DNA from: a virus
Taxonomy: Duplodnaviria > Caudoviricetes
DNA: 64,000 bases
Virus record (IMG/VR): IMGVR_UViG_2758568729_000001
Coordinates: 32,001-96,000 of that record
Reading direction: 5' to 3' (one strand)
The notes beneath the pieces were generated by a model, which saw only the letters and a list, made by a program, of their open reading frames with translations, did not search any database and was not told the DNA's origin. Both the position numbers and the translations under genes were made by a program. This document shows positions 17,458 through 25,448 of the stretch, one piece after another. Each line of letters starts with the position of its first letter. The first letter of the stretch is position 1.

Positions 17458-17558
17458 GGCCCCCGCTCCTGGGGGACTCACCCGGTTGAGGGGTCACAGC
17501 CCCAACCAGTACCGGGGAGACTGCGGACCCCATGTGGTGTCCCTGGGGAGCGGGGGCC
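17458..17558 (+). ncRNA. Candidate structured intergenic RNA (long closing stem with branched interior)
   Basis: 17458-17477 pairs with 17539-17558; internal hairpins. Confidence 0.35.
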
Positions 17559-17590
17559 ACGACCAAGGTCAGCGCAGAGGAGAACCCGAG

Positions 17591-17854
17591 ATGGCCCGCA
17601 AGACCACCGTCCCGACCTGTGGCGACTGCCAGGCCACCAACCAACCGCAGGGCCGCGCCCGGGGCCTCTGCATCGTCTGCTCGCCCCTCACCGTCCTGCA
17701 CCTCAGGCTTGCCGGCGACCAGGCCACCTACTGCGGCCGGAGCATGTACATCGTCACCAACGACCCGGACCAGGACTCCACCATCAACGACCTGGACCAC
17801 AAGGTGAACTGCCCCGACTGCCTGTGGCAGCTTCGGCACCGCCGCAGCCACTGA
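17591..17854 (+). CDS. Zinc-finger-like small protein
   Basis: CGDC, CIVC, H...C...CPDC; RBS GAGGAG. Confidence 0.65.
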   Translation: MARKTTVPTCGDCQATNQPQGRARGLCIVCSPLTVLHLRLAGDQATYCGRSMYIVTNDPDQDSTINDLDHKVNCPDCLWQLRHRRSH

Positions 17855-17880
17855 CCCGACCACCCGCCTGGGAGACCGAG

Positions 17881-18243
17881 ATGACCGACACCGACCGGCC
17901 CATGACGTTCATCGAACGCCAGAAGGAAGCCGCCCTCGACGAGCTGCGTGAGCGGGGCGAGGAACGCCGACGCATCGCGGAAATCGTCCTCGGCAAGAAC
18001 CGCGGCCGGGACCAGGTCACCGAGGTCATCAACCTCAGCGGCGACTACCTGGTGGAGGTCGCCACCCGGGACAGCGGCGTGTACTGGGCGTCCCTCGTTG
18101 GCGGGAAGCGCACCGGCCAGTTCCACGTCCGGCAGGAGGACGCGATTCTCCACCTGATCGCCGCCCGGTACGACCCGAACCCGAACACGAACACCTCGGC
18201 CGCGTTCTACGCCGGCCGGGTCCTCGGCGTCTCCACCGACTGA
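17881..18243 (+). CDS. Hypothetical protein
   Basis: RBS GGGAG; codon usage. Confidence 0.6.
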   Translation: MTDTDRPMTFIERQKEAALDELRERGEERRRIAEIVLGKNRGRDQVTEVINLSGDYLVEVATRDSGVYWASLVGGKRTGQFHVRQEDAILHLIAARYDPNPNTNTSAAFYAGRVLGVSTD

Positions 18244-18257
18244 CGAGGACAGCCAGA

Positions 18258-18572
18258 ATGCCGACCCGACTCGACGCCGCCCGTGAAGCCGCTACCACCG
18301 CCGCGACCAACGCTCTCGCTGGTCGCGGCGTGGAAGCGGTCCTCTGCGACCAGCTCGCAGCCGAGATCGTCGCCGTGCTCCTCATCGCCCGGTCCGAACG
18401 CGGGCTGACGTGGCTGCGCGGGATGCGGGCCACGGCCAGGCAGAACGAGCTGATCAACCGGCACCACACGATCAGCGCCCTGACCCTGTTCGCCACCCGA
18501 ACCGCCCTGCAAGACGCGATGGTTGCCGCCGCTGATGCGCTGGTGGCCGCCCTTGGCCGCCGCACGAACTGA
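18258..18572 (+). CDS. Hypothetical protein
   Basis: RBS GAGGA; operon spacing. Confidence 0.55.
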   Translation: MPTRLDAAREAATTAATNALAGRGVEAVLCDQLAAEIVAVLLIARSERGLTWLRGMRATARQNELINRHHTISALTLFATRTALQDAMVAAADALVAALGRRTN

Positions 18573-18594
18573 CCCGACCGTGAAGGAGACCAGC

Positions 18595-18984
18595 ATGTCC
18601 GACACCCTGACCCTCGCCCTGGCCGCGTACGACGAGGCCGACCCGGACAACCCCGCCGGCCGCCGCGTTCACGCTGCGGCCCTGTTCCGGGAGGCCACCG
18701 GCGCCACCCTCCGTGACTCGCTGGCCGCTGTGGACGAGGTCATCGCGGAGCGGACCACGTTCGAGAACCTGGAGCAGTTCCGGCAGCCCACCACGTTCGG
18801 GTGGCGGTACGAGTTCCCGAACAACCGGATGGTGACGGTCATCAACGACGACACCGCCCCGTTCAGGTTCGAGGTGCTGTCCGACGACCCGGCCGACGTG
18901 GCGACGGGCAACATCCGCCGGGGGCTCACCACCGAGCAGGTGGAGGCAAAGTTGGTGGCGATCTACGGGATGCCGGCGGTCTAG
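18595..18984 (+). CDS. Hypothetical protein
   Basis: RBS AAGGAG. Confidence 0.6.
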   Translation: MSDTLTLALAAYDEADPDNPAGRRVHAAALFREATGATLRDSLAAVDEVIAERTTFENLEQFRQPTTFGWRYEFPNNRMVTVINDDTAPFRFEVLSDDPADVATGNIRRGLTTEQVEAKLVAIYGMPAV

Positions 18985-19003
18985 CCGGGGGAGCGGTTCA
19001 AGG

Positions 19004-19059
19004 AACTTGATAGATGCTCTTGCCTCACGTGGTACGCGTGTGTAACTTGATAGATGTAA
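19004..19059 (+). promoter_or_regulatory. Paired-box promoter (boxes 19004 and 19044)
   Basis: AACTTGATAGATGC / AACTTGATAGATGT, 40 bp apart; TTGCCT-17-TAACTT. Confidence 0.85.
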
Positions 19060-19087
19060 CCGCTACCGAGGTACACCGGAGGACACC

Positions 19088-19456
19088 ATGCAGGCCACCA
19101 CCCTGAACCGCCGCCTCATCGCCTACAGCGCGCGCAGCACCGACGGTCCTATCGCCGACATCGTTCAGGGCATCGCCACCGTCATCACCACCCACACCCG
19201 GCCCACCTGGTCCGAGTGCGCCGAGCAGATCCCCGGCTACGTCACCGGCACCGACCTCGGGCCGGCGATCGAGTACACCCTCCGGTACACCCACTGCGGC
19301 CAGGACGTCGTTCGCGTGCTCGACGCGGCCGGGGTCGAGCGGATCGGCAAGGTCGTCATGGCCAGCAATGCCCGTACCGGGAACATCACCAACATCGCGG
19401 TCCTCGACGCCGACGGCGGGGACGTCACCTTCGACTTCGCCTGCTTCCGCGACTGA
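19088..19456 (+). CDS. Hypothetical protein
   Basis: RBS GGAGG. Confidence 0.65.
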   Translation: MQATTLNRRLIAYSARSTDGPIADIVQGIATVITTHTRPTWSECAEQIPGYVTGTDLGPAIEYTLRYTHCGQDVVRVLDAAGVERIGKVVMASNARTGNITNIAVLDADGGDVTFDFACFRD

Positions 19457-19486
19457 CCCCCACTTCGCCCACCTACATGCTCAACC

Positions 19487-19534
19487 GGGCCGTACCGGCG
19501 CACCAGCAGGGTTCGAATCCCTGACGGCCCACCA
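19487..19534 (+). ncRNA. tRNA-like minihelix (acceptor stem + T-arm + ACCA; no D or anticodon arm)
   Basis: GGGCCGT-13 nt-CAGGG TTCGAAT CCCTG-ACGGCCC-ACCA; all 12 stem pairs Watson-Crick. Confidence 0.65.
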
Positions 19535-19568
19535 AAGCAGGACCCCAACGAACACCGGAGAACCCGAC

Positions 19569-20132
19569 ATGACGACTCCACCGGTAGATCCGAAGATCTA
19601 CACCTCCGACGCCGAACCCGGCGACGTCCTCATCCAACTCAGCTACCCCACGTCGAACCTGGACGACGCAGGCATTGCCGAGCTCGGCGTCACCGACCGC
19701 ATGTCGGGACAGGCGTTGGTCCGGGTCCGCATGAACGCTGAACAGTTCCTCGGCGTCATGTCGAACACCGGAACCGTCGTCGGCGGCGCGGTCGTGCCGG
19801 TCCACCCGGAACGCATCGGGAAGCGGTCGCAGCACACCTCCACCGCCATCGCACGCAACAGCGACCTGGACCCCGAGCAGGTCAAAGCCGACTACCTGGC
19901 CAACGGGTGGGACACCGTTCGGATCAGCAAGACGAACTCCGGGCAGCAGGTATCGGCAACCCGGTGGGTCACCGACGGGCCGGAGCCGGTGGCGACAACG
20001 CCGGTCGACGTGGAGGCGGTCATGGCGATGGTCACCGAGTACGGCGCCGAATGCAGCAAGGACGCCGGGCTCACCGACCGGGCGATGGAACTCCGCGACG
20101 CGATCCGCGCCGCCATCACCGGGCAGGAGTAA
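19569..20132 (+). CDS. Hypothetical protein
   Basis: RBS GGAG; codon usage. Confidence 0.6.
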   Translation: MTTPPVDPKIYTSDAEPGDVLIQLSYPTSNLDDAGIAELGVTDRMSGQALVRVRMNAEQFLGVMSNTGTVVGGAVVPVHPERIGKRSQHTSTAIARNSDLDPEQVKADYLANGWDTVRISKTNSGQQVSATRWVTDGPEPVATTPVDVEAVMAMVTEYGAECSKDAGLTDRAMELRDAIRAAITGQE

Positions 20133-20137
20133 GCGAC

Positions 20138-20728
20138 GTGACCCGCCAGACGACCGCCCCGCTGACCCACCTGTCGCTGAATGTCACCAACCGGTTCGCG
20201 GACTTCTTCGTGCGCAACGTCGAGCGGGGCAACATACTCCTCGACGCCCCATACCAGCGCGGCTCCGTCTGGAGCGAAAGTCAGCGCATGGGACTGGTTC
20301 GCTCGTGGCTGATGGGCCTGCCGATCCCGGCGGTCGTCATCAACGACCGCACGTCGCCGGACTGGGCCCGCGCCAACCCGCAGGACCGCGAGGGAACCGG
20401 GTACGTGTACGCGGTCATCGACGGGAAGCAGCGGATCCTCACCGCCGTCGCCTGGTTCGGTGGCGAGCTGCGCGTGCCAGCCTCGTGGTTCCCCGCCAAA
20501 CACGTCGCCACCACGGAGGACACCGACGACGGCCCGCACGTCAGGTTCACCGGCCTCACCGAGGTCGGCCGCCGGTTCGCCGAGAACCGATGCGTGCTGC
20601 CCTGCGCCGAGGGTCGCCTTGCCAGCGTCGAGCAGGAGGCCGAGGTCTACCTGCTCGTTAACGGCGGCGGGACGCCGCAGACCACCACCGACATGGCCAA
20701 CGCCCGGCGTGTGGCCGAGGGGAAGTGA
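20138..20728 (+). CDS. Stand-alone DUF262 (GmrS-like, ParB/Srx fold) domain protein
   Basis: PYQRGSVW, LVRSWLMGLPIP, VIDGKQR, YLLVNGGG. Confidence 0.8.
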   Translation: MTRQTTAPLTHLSLNVTNRFADFFVRNVERGNILLDAPYQRGSVWSESQRMGLVRSWLMGLPIPAVVINDRTSPDWARANPQDREGTGYVYAVIDGKQRILTAVAWFGGELRVPASWFPAKHVATTEDTDDGPHVRFTGLTEVGRRFAENRCVLPCAEGRLASVEQEAEVYLLVNGGGTPQTTTDMANARRVAEGK

Positions 20729-21138
20729 CCATGTCCAAGCTGAAAGTCTTCACGCTCGGCAACCACGGGTTTATCGACACCCCGACCGGCGACGCCCTCA
20801 ACCTGCCATCCCACACTCGGCAGGCACGCGTCCTCGTCGCCGCTACGAGCAAAGCCCACGCGGTGCAGGTGCTCGCCGAGCGGGGCTTCCCGCACCACCC
20901 GCCACGCGACCCCGAATTCCGGACGGCGATGGGGAACGAGCTCAACGCCCTCATCGACGCCGGACTCTTGGCCGAACCGGCTGTGCTCGTGATGCCGCTC
21001 CTCGGCCACCCCGGCGACGGTGTCGTGGCGATGCAGCCCGGCGGCACCCCACGTCGGATCGGCCGCCTTGAAGGGGGTTGGGGCGAGCCGACGGTGTTCG
21101 TTGCTGACGACTTCCAGCGTGCGTCCGAGGGGAGCTGA
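20725..21138 (+). CDS. Hypothetical protein
   Basis: GTGA coupling. Confidence 0.55.
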   Translation: MTMSKLKVFTLGNHGFIDTPTGDALNLPSHTRQARVLVAATSKAHAVQVLAERGFPHHPPRDPEFRTAMGNELNALIDAGLLAEPAVLVMPLLGHPGDGVVAMQPGGTPRRIGRLEGGWGEPTVFVADDFQRASEGS

Positions 21139-21140
21139 CC

Positions 21141-21410
21141 GTGACCGTCCAGAGCACCAACGTCCTGGCCCGTGTCGCCGACGTCATCGAGCCGCACATC
21201 GACGGCACGTTCAAGGTCCGTGACCGGGCCGAGGGCATGGCCCGCCAGTTGTACGTCTGCGGTCTGCTGGCCGGCGGCGAACCGGGGCGCAGCAGCCTGC
21301 CGGTGCAGGAGCAGGCCGCAAACGTGTTGCAGTGCGTCCAGTCGTGGACGACCGCCGAGCAGATCGCCGCCGAGCTGGCTGAGGCCGGACTACTGCGACA
21401 GGAGAACTGA
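21141..21410 (+). CDS. Hypothetical protein
   Basis: Operon spacing, RBS GGGGAG. Confidence 0.55.
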   Translation: MTVQSTNVLARVADVIEPHIDGTFKVRDRAEGMARQLYVCGLLAGGEPGRSSLPVQEQAANVLQCVQSWTTAEQIAAELAEAGLLRQEN

Positions 21411-21412
21411 CC

Positions 21413-21727
21413 ATGCCCGAAACGACCGCCGCCGAGATGGCCGCGCTCACCATGCACGCCGAGTTCACCCGGGACCGGTTCAGAACACAGGTCACCCGAA
21501 CTGCCGCCCGGCTGCGGGACCTCGCCGACGACATCGAACGGGCCGCCGGCCGAATCGACTCCGTACCCACCCCCGGTGTGCCGTCGCACGTGACCATCGC
21601 CGGCAGCATCCAGCACGACGTGTTGTGGGCGGTGGCGAACATGCACCTCGACCAACTGGCGACGACCGCAGCGGAGGCGGACCAGCTCACCGCCCAGGTC
21701 AAAGCCGCCACGGCGCAGCAGGGCTGA
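21413..21727 (+). CDS. Hypothetical helical protein
   Basis: RBS GGAG. Confidence 0.55.
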   Translation: MPETTAAEMAALTMHAEFTRDRFRTQVTRTAARLRDLADDIERAAGRIDSVPTPGVPSHVTIAGSIQHDVLWAVANMHLDQLATTAAEADQLTAQVKAATAQQG

Positions 21728-21729
21728 CC

Positions 21730-21942
21730 ATGCCCAGGCCGTACTGGACCGCAGCCCTGCCGGTTGGATCCGTCATCGAGCACGACGGGATGACGGTGAA
21801 AAAGACCCACGACTCCGACCGGGAACCGTTCCCGTGGACCTCGGAGAACGGCACCGAGTACGACGACGAGTGGGCCGCCAATGCTGTCGCCGACGGCGGA
21901 GTCCTGACCGAGCCCGAGCCGACTACCAACCCGAGCATCTGA
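21730..21942 (+). CDS. Small hypothetical protein
   Basis: MPRPYWTAALPVGSVIEHDG...; tight spacing. Confidence 0.5.
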   Translation: MPRPYWTAALPVGSVIEHDGMTVKKTHDSDREPFPWTSENGTEYDDEWAANAVADGGVLTEPEPTTNPSI

Positions 21943-21953
21943 GGAGGAGCCTC

Positions 21954-22415
21954 GTGTCCGACCAGGACCCGCACAACCCGGACCAGACCCACCCCGACCC
22001 GGCCGTCCAGGCGCTCATCGACGCCGCGTGGCTCGGCCAGTGGGACGTGCCGGTCACCGTGGACGACCTTGTCACCGCCGCCCGCCTCGTCCGGGCCGCC
22101 GGCACCGGCGCTGTTTCCCTGCCCACCGAATGGGCCGTGAACGTCACCTTCGCCGACGGGAAGGTGAAGACCACCACGGCCGAGAACGAGGAGCACGCGG
22201 CGGTGGTCGCTGACAGCATGGCTACCTACCTCGACACCCTGAACGCGCCGACGCGGATCGCGTTCGGTGCGACCAAGGTCGAGATCGTCAGCCGGCGCAG
22301 CGAATTCCTTCCCGGTATGGACGCCCGGCTCATCCACGGGTGGCGGCACGTCCGCGACGGGCGGGCGTTCGACTTCGACGACGTCGCCAAGGAAATGGAG
22401 GCCGGACGTGGCTGA
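21954..22415 (+). CDS. Hypothetical protein
   Basis: RBS GAGGAGG before GTG. Confidence 0.6.
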   Translation: MSDQDPHNPDQTHPDPAVQALIDAAWLGQWDVPVTVDDLVTAARLVRAAGTGAVSLPTEWAVNVTFADGKVKTTTAENEEHAAVVADSMATYLDTLNAPTRIAFGATKVEIVSRRSEFLPGMDARLIHGWRHVRDGRAFDFDDVAKEMEAGRG

Positions 22416-22743
22416 CACCACGAAGGTCCGGACCCGCAGCGAGGCGTTCCGGGTGGCGGTCGCCGAGTTGATGGCCGTATCCGAAGACGATTACGCCTTC
22501 ACGCGCCCGGACGCGGAGCAGATCAGCAAGCGGACCCTGGCAACCGCCATCGCCTCGGCGCAGGACGTGCCCCGGCTCGCCGACGACGTCGACCGGCTGA
22601 CCGGGGCGCTCCGCGACATCGAGAAAGTCGCCGCAGGGGTCCTTCTCGAACTGGCCGTCACCATGCCGGACGCCCCGGAATCACTCCGGAACCTGCTCAA
22701 CACGTTCCGGGACCGGGCACACCGGGCGGTGACCAATGGCTAA
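22408..22743 (+). CDS. Hypothetical protein
   Basis: RBS GGAGG, 8-nt overlap. Confidence 0.55.
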   Translation: MADTTKVRTRSEAFRVAVAELMAVSEDDYAFTRPDAEQISKRTLATAIASAQDVPRLADDVDRLTGALRDIEKVAAGVLLELAVTMPDAPESLRNLLNTFRDRAHRAVTNG

Positions 22744-22921
22744 CACCACCCGCCGCCGGCTCGCCGAGGTGTGCTTCTGGGCCGGGGTCGCCGCCCTCAC
22801 GATCGTCCTCTTCGGCACCACCCCGCGCACGGTCGAGCTCATCACCGCTCTGATCGGCGTGGTCCTCTTCCTCGCCGCCCGGTGGTTCGGCGCCCAGCAG
22901 GAGCGTGACCACCGTGGTTGA
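22736..22921 (+). CDS. Small two-TM membrane protein
   Basis: Two hydrophobic helices. Confidence 0.55.
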   Translation: MANTTRRRLAEVCFWAGVAALTIVLFGTTPRTVELITALIGVVLFLAARWFGAQQERDHRG

Positions 22922-23210
22922 CCAGCGCCCCGGGTACGCCACCCCAACCCTGACAACCATGGTCGCGCCCGACACGTTCGCCGGCCTGCTGGCCCAGGCC
23001 CGCACCCGCGTCCTGACCCAGCTCGCCAAAGCAGCCGCCGACGGTGCCGCCGAGATGCGCCGCCGCGGCCGGCTGATCCCCGATCCGGTGCCTGGTCTCG
23101 AAGCCGACGCCGAAGCCCTCGACCGGTACGCCGCCGAATGCCGGGCCGCCGCCGCCGACGACACCCTGCCGACACCGTCCGGACCCCACTACCCGAGGAG
23201 GCACCCATGA
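22905..23210 (+). CDS. Hypothetical protein
   Basis: RBS AGGAG; overlap coupling. Confidence 0.5.
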   Translation: MTTVVDQRPGYATPTLTTMVAPDTFAGLLAQARTRVLTQLAKAAADGAAEMRRRGRLIPDPVPGLEADAEALDRYAAECRAAAADDTLPTPSGPHYPRRHP

Positions 23211-23524
23211 CCGACCGACCCAAAATGGAGATCCACTACGCGGACGGGTGGGCCGCCCTGTACGTAGACGGCCAGGTCGACCCCGACACCGTCGGCGACT
23301 CGCACCTTGCCGAGGAGCGCGCCTTCGAACTGCTCGGGGTGAAGCAGGTTCAGAACGACGCGTTCATGTGCGGCCAGTCGCAGCGGGACGGTGTCGCCCC
23401 GAGGCTCGACGACGTCGCCGCGTACCGGAAGGAGCGGGACGCCCGTCGCGCCGAGGCAAACCGGCTCCGCAGGCAGGCCGCCGAACTGCTCCAGCAGGCA
23501 GACACGCTGGACACGAGCCGGTGA
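23207..23524 (+). CDS. Hypothetical protein
   Basis: ATGA coupling, RBS GAGGAGG. Confidence 0.6.
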   Translation: MTDRPKMEIHYADGWAALYVDGQVDPDTVGDSHLAEERAFELLGVKQVQNDAFMCGQSQRDGVAPRLDDVAAYRKERDARRAEANRLRRQAAELLQQADTLDTSR

Positions 23525-24159
23525 GCACCGACCGGATCCTCACCCAACGCGACCACCTCACCGCCATGGTCGCCCTCGACACGATCGCACCACTCACCAC
23601 CCGGGTCCGGAGCTTCCTCGCCCACGGCCGCCGCATCACCCTCACCAAGAGGTACACCTACGAGGACAGCCCGCCGGAGGTCACCGTTGGTCTCGCCCTG
23701 AACGCCGTTGACGTGTGGAAGCAGCCCGACGCGGCCGGCTTCACCGTCCGACTGAAACCCGGCATCCTCGTCCAGTTCGGGATGGCCGCCTACGCCTCCG
23801 ACGGCGATGTCACCGAGCAGGCGGCGTGGGCCCGGTATCACGCCGACACCGACCGGCGCCGGAACATGACCCGGGTCGACATCACCGGTGGGCTACCCGA
23901 CGACGGCCCCGCCCGTGACGACCGGATCGCCATCCGGGCATGGAACCAGCACGGGGTGTGCACCGAAACCGTGGTGGCATTTGACCCCGGCCCCGACACC
24001 GACATGGTCGCCCGGCACCTGTACGTCCGCGACTGGGACACCGACACCCACGACGCCGCCCACCGCTGGGACATGGGCAACGTGTCCGAGTTGCAGGTGG
24101 CCGACTACCGGGAGGCCGCCCGGAAGCTCCTCGCCGCCATCAACGAACCGGAGCGGTGA
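23521..24159 (+). CDS. Hypothetical protein
   Basis: GTGA coupling. Confidence 0.6.
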   Translation: MSTDRILTQRDHLTAMVALDTIAPLTTRVRSFLAHGRRITLTKRYTYEDSPPEVTVGLALNAVDVWKQPDAAGFTVRLKPGILVQFGMAAYASDGDVTEQAAWARYHADTDRRRNMTRVDITGGLPDDGPARDDRIAIRAWNQHGVCTETVVAFDPGPDTDMVARHLYVRDWDTDTHDAAHRWDMGNVSELQVADYREAARKLLAAINEPER

Positions 24160-24659
24160 CGATGACTGACTACCTCGACCCGGCCGACGTAGCTGCCCTC
24201 AGGATGTTGGCCGGCGCTAACTTCCTCCATGGGGCGAGCGTCGTCCTGCCTTCTGGGCGGACGCTCGACCCCAACGAGGTTCAGGCGCTCGCGTCGGCGT
24301 ACGCGCCATCAGCACGGGACGGCCGAGAAGAGGCCGACAACCCTGAAGTTGGCGTGGGGCCAGCCGTCGATCTGTACCTCGCGGGAGGCGGCAACCCGGC
24401 GAACGCGCGAACCATGGCCCTGCTCCGTGAGGCAGACCGGGGCGCCGCACGCCGACAGCGTCCGGTAGCCGGTACACCGGTCGCGCCCGAAAGTGTCCTA
24501 CTGAAGACCCCGAGGTTGCCTTCCTGGCCCTACAGGTATCCGCCCCTGAGTTGGCTGCACGCGGCCATTTCGTGGTGCGGTGACACCCCGTTCCGGGTCG
24601 CAGTCACGATGACAACGTGCGTCGCAGGCGGCATCCTGGTGGTGGTCCTCTGTGGCTGA
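24156..24659 (+). CDS. Hypothetical protein with C-terminal TM helix
   Basis: GTGA coupling; hydrophobic end. Confidence 0.5.
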   Translation: MTMTDYLDPADVAALRMLAGANFLHGASVVLPSGRTLDPNEVQALASAYAPSARDGREEADNPEVGVGPAVDLYLAGGGNPANARTMALLREADRGAARRQRPVAGTPVAPESVLLKTPRLPSWPYRYPPLSWLHAAISWCGDTPFRVAVTMTTCVAGGILVVVLCG

Positions 24660-25098
24660 CCTGACCGACGCCGAACGGCTGGCCGAAGCCAGCGAGACCA
24701 TCATCGGCGCCATCGAGAACGGCCCGTGGGTGCTGATCCCGGACCCCACCCTGCGCGCCCTGGTCGGCGGGTACGTCGCCGAAACCTGCCACACGGTGGC
24801 GTCCGCCGCCGGCCTCGACCAGGCCATGGAACGGGCCCACGACGCCATGCCGCAGCGGCTCGGCACTACCCTGCCGGTGGTGACCCCGGACGCCCGGGAG
24901 CGGATCGCGAAACACCTGTGGGTCGCCGACGCCGGTGACCCCGACACGTGGGACCGGATCCGGGCCGCCGAAACCGCGCTCGCCGAGTACAACGCCGCCG
25001 GCGGTAGCGCCCTTCGGCTGGTCGAGTCGGACCGCCGTGCCCGGCTGCTGGCGTGGGCGGACAAGATCCTGGCCATCGCCACCAGCAAGAAGGACTGA
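24652..25098 (+). CDS. Hypothetical protein
   Basis: Overlap coupling, codon usage. Confidence 0.55.
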   Translation: MADLTDAERLAEASETIIGAIENGPWVLIPDPTLRALVGGYVAETCHTVASAAGLDQAMERAHDAMPQRLGTTLPVVTPDARERIAKHLWVADAGDPDTWDRIRAAETALAEYNAAGGSALRLVESDRRARLLAWADKILAIATSKKD

Positions 25099-25139
25099 CC
25101 GGCAACGCCGGAACCAACACCCAACAGAGCGGAGACCGC

Positions 25140-25391
25140 ATGCACACCGAAGAGACCGTGGCCGAGATGCTGACCGAACCCGAGGACGGAACCCGTCTCG
25201 TCGTCCAGAACGGCGACACCGAGTTCAAGGTCATCTGGCGTGACGACGCCGAAGCCAAGAACTGGAGCCCCAACAAGACCGACCGCTGGTTCGACGCCGA
25301 AGACTCCGACCCGATGGAGCTGTACCAGCACGTCAAGTACGCCACGGCCGTCTACCCCCTCGGGGAACCGCTGGCCGTTTACGGCCGCTGA
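25140..25391 (+). CDS. Small acidic hypothetical protein
   Basis: RBS GGAG; last gene before convergent terminator. Confidence 0.6.
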   Translation: MHTEETVAEMLTEPEDGTRLVVQNGDTEFKVIWRDDAEAKNWSPNKTDRWFDAEDSDPMELYQHVKYATAVYPLGEPLAVYGR

Positions 25392-25404
25392 CCCGACAAC
25401 ACGA

Positions 25405-25435
25405 AAGCCGGCCACCCGAACAGGGCGGCCGGCTT
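25405..25435. terminator. Bidirectional terminator between convergent units
   Basis: AAGCCGGCC-ACCC...GGGC-GGCCGGCTT. Confidence 0.65.
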
Positions 25436-25448
25436 CGTCGTGTGTGCG

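Noticed and set aside
4900-19059. Paired boxes as CRISPR mini-arrays (repeat-spacer-repeat)
   Set aside because: Repeats are only about 14 bp, never more than two per locus, coincide with -35/-10 geometry ahead of RBSs, and no cas genes are present
19487-19534. Canonical tRNA, tmRNA or simple attP
   Set aside because: No D or anticodon arm, no G3:U70 or tag ORF, no integrase nearby, and the 5' acceptor strand is retained
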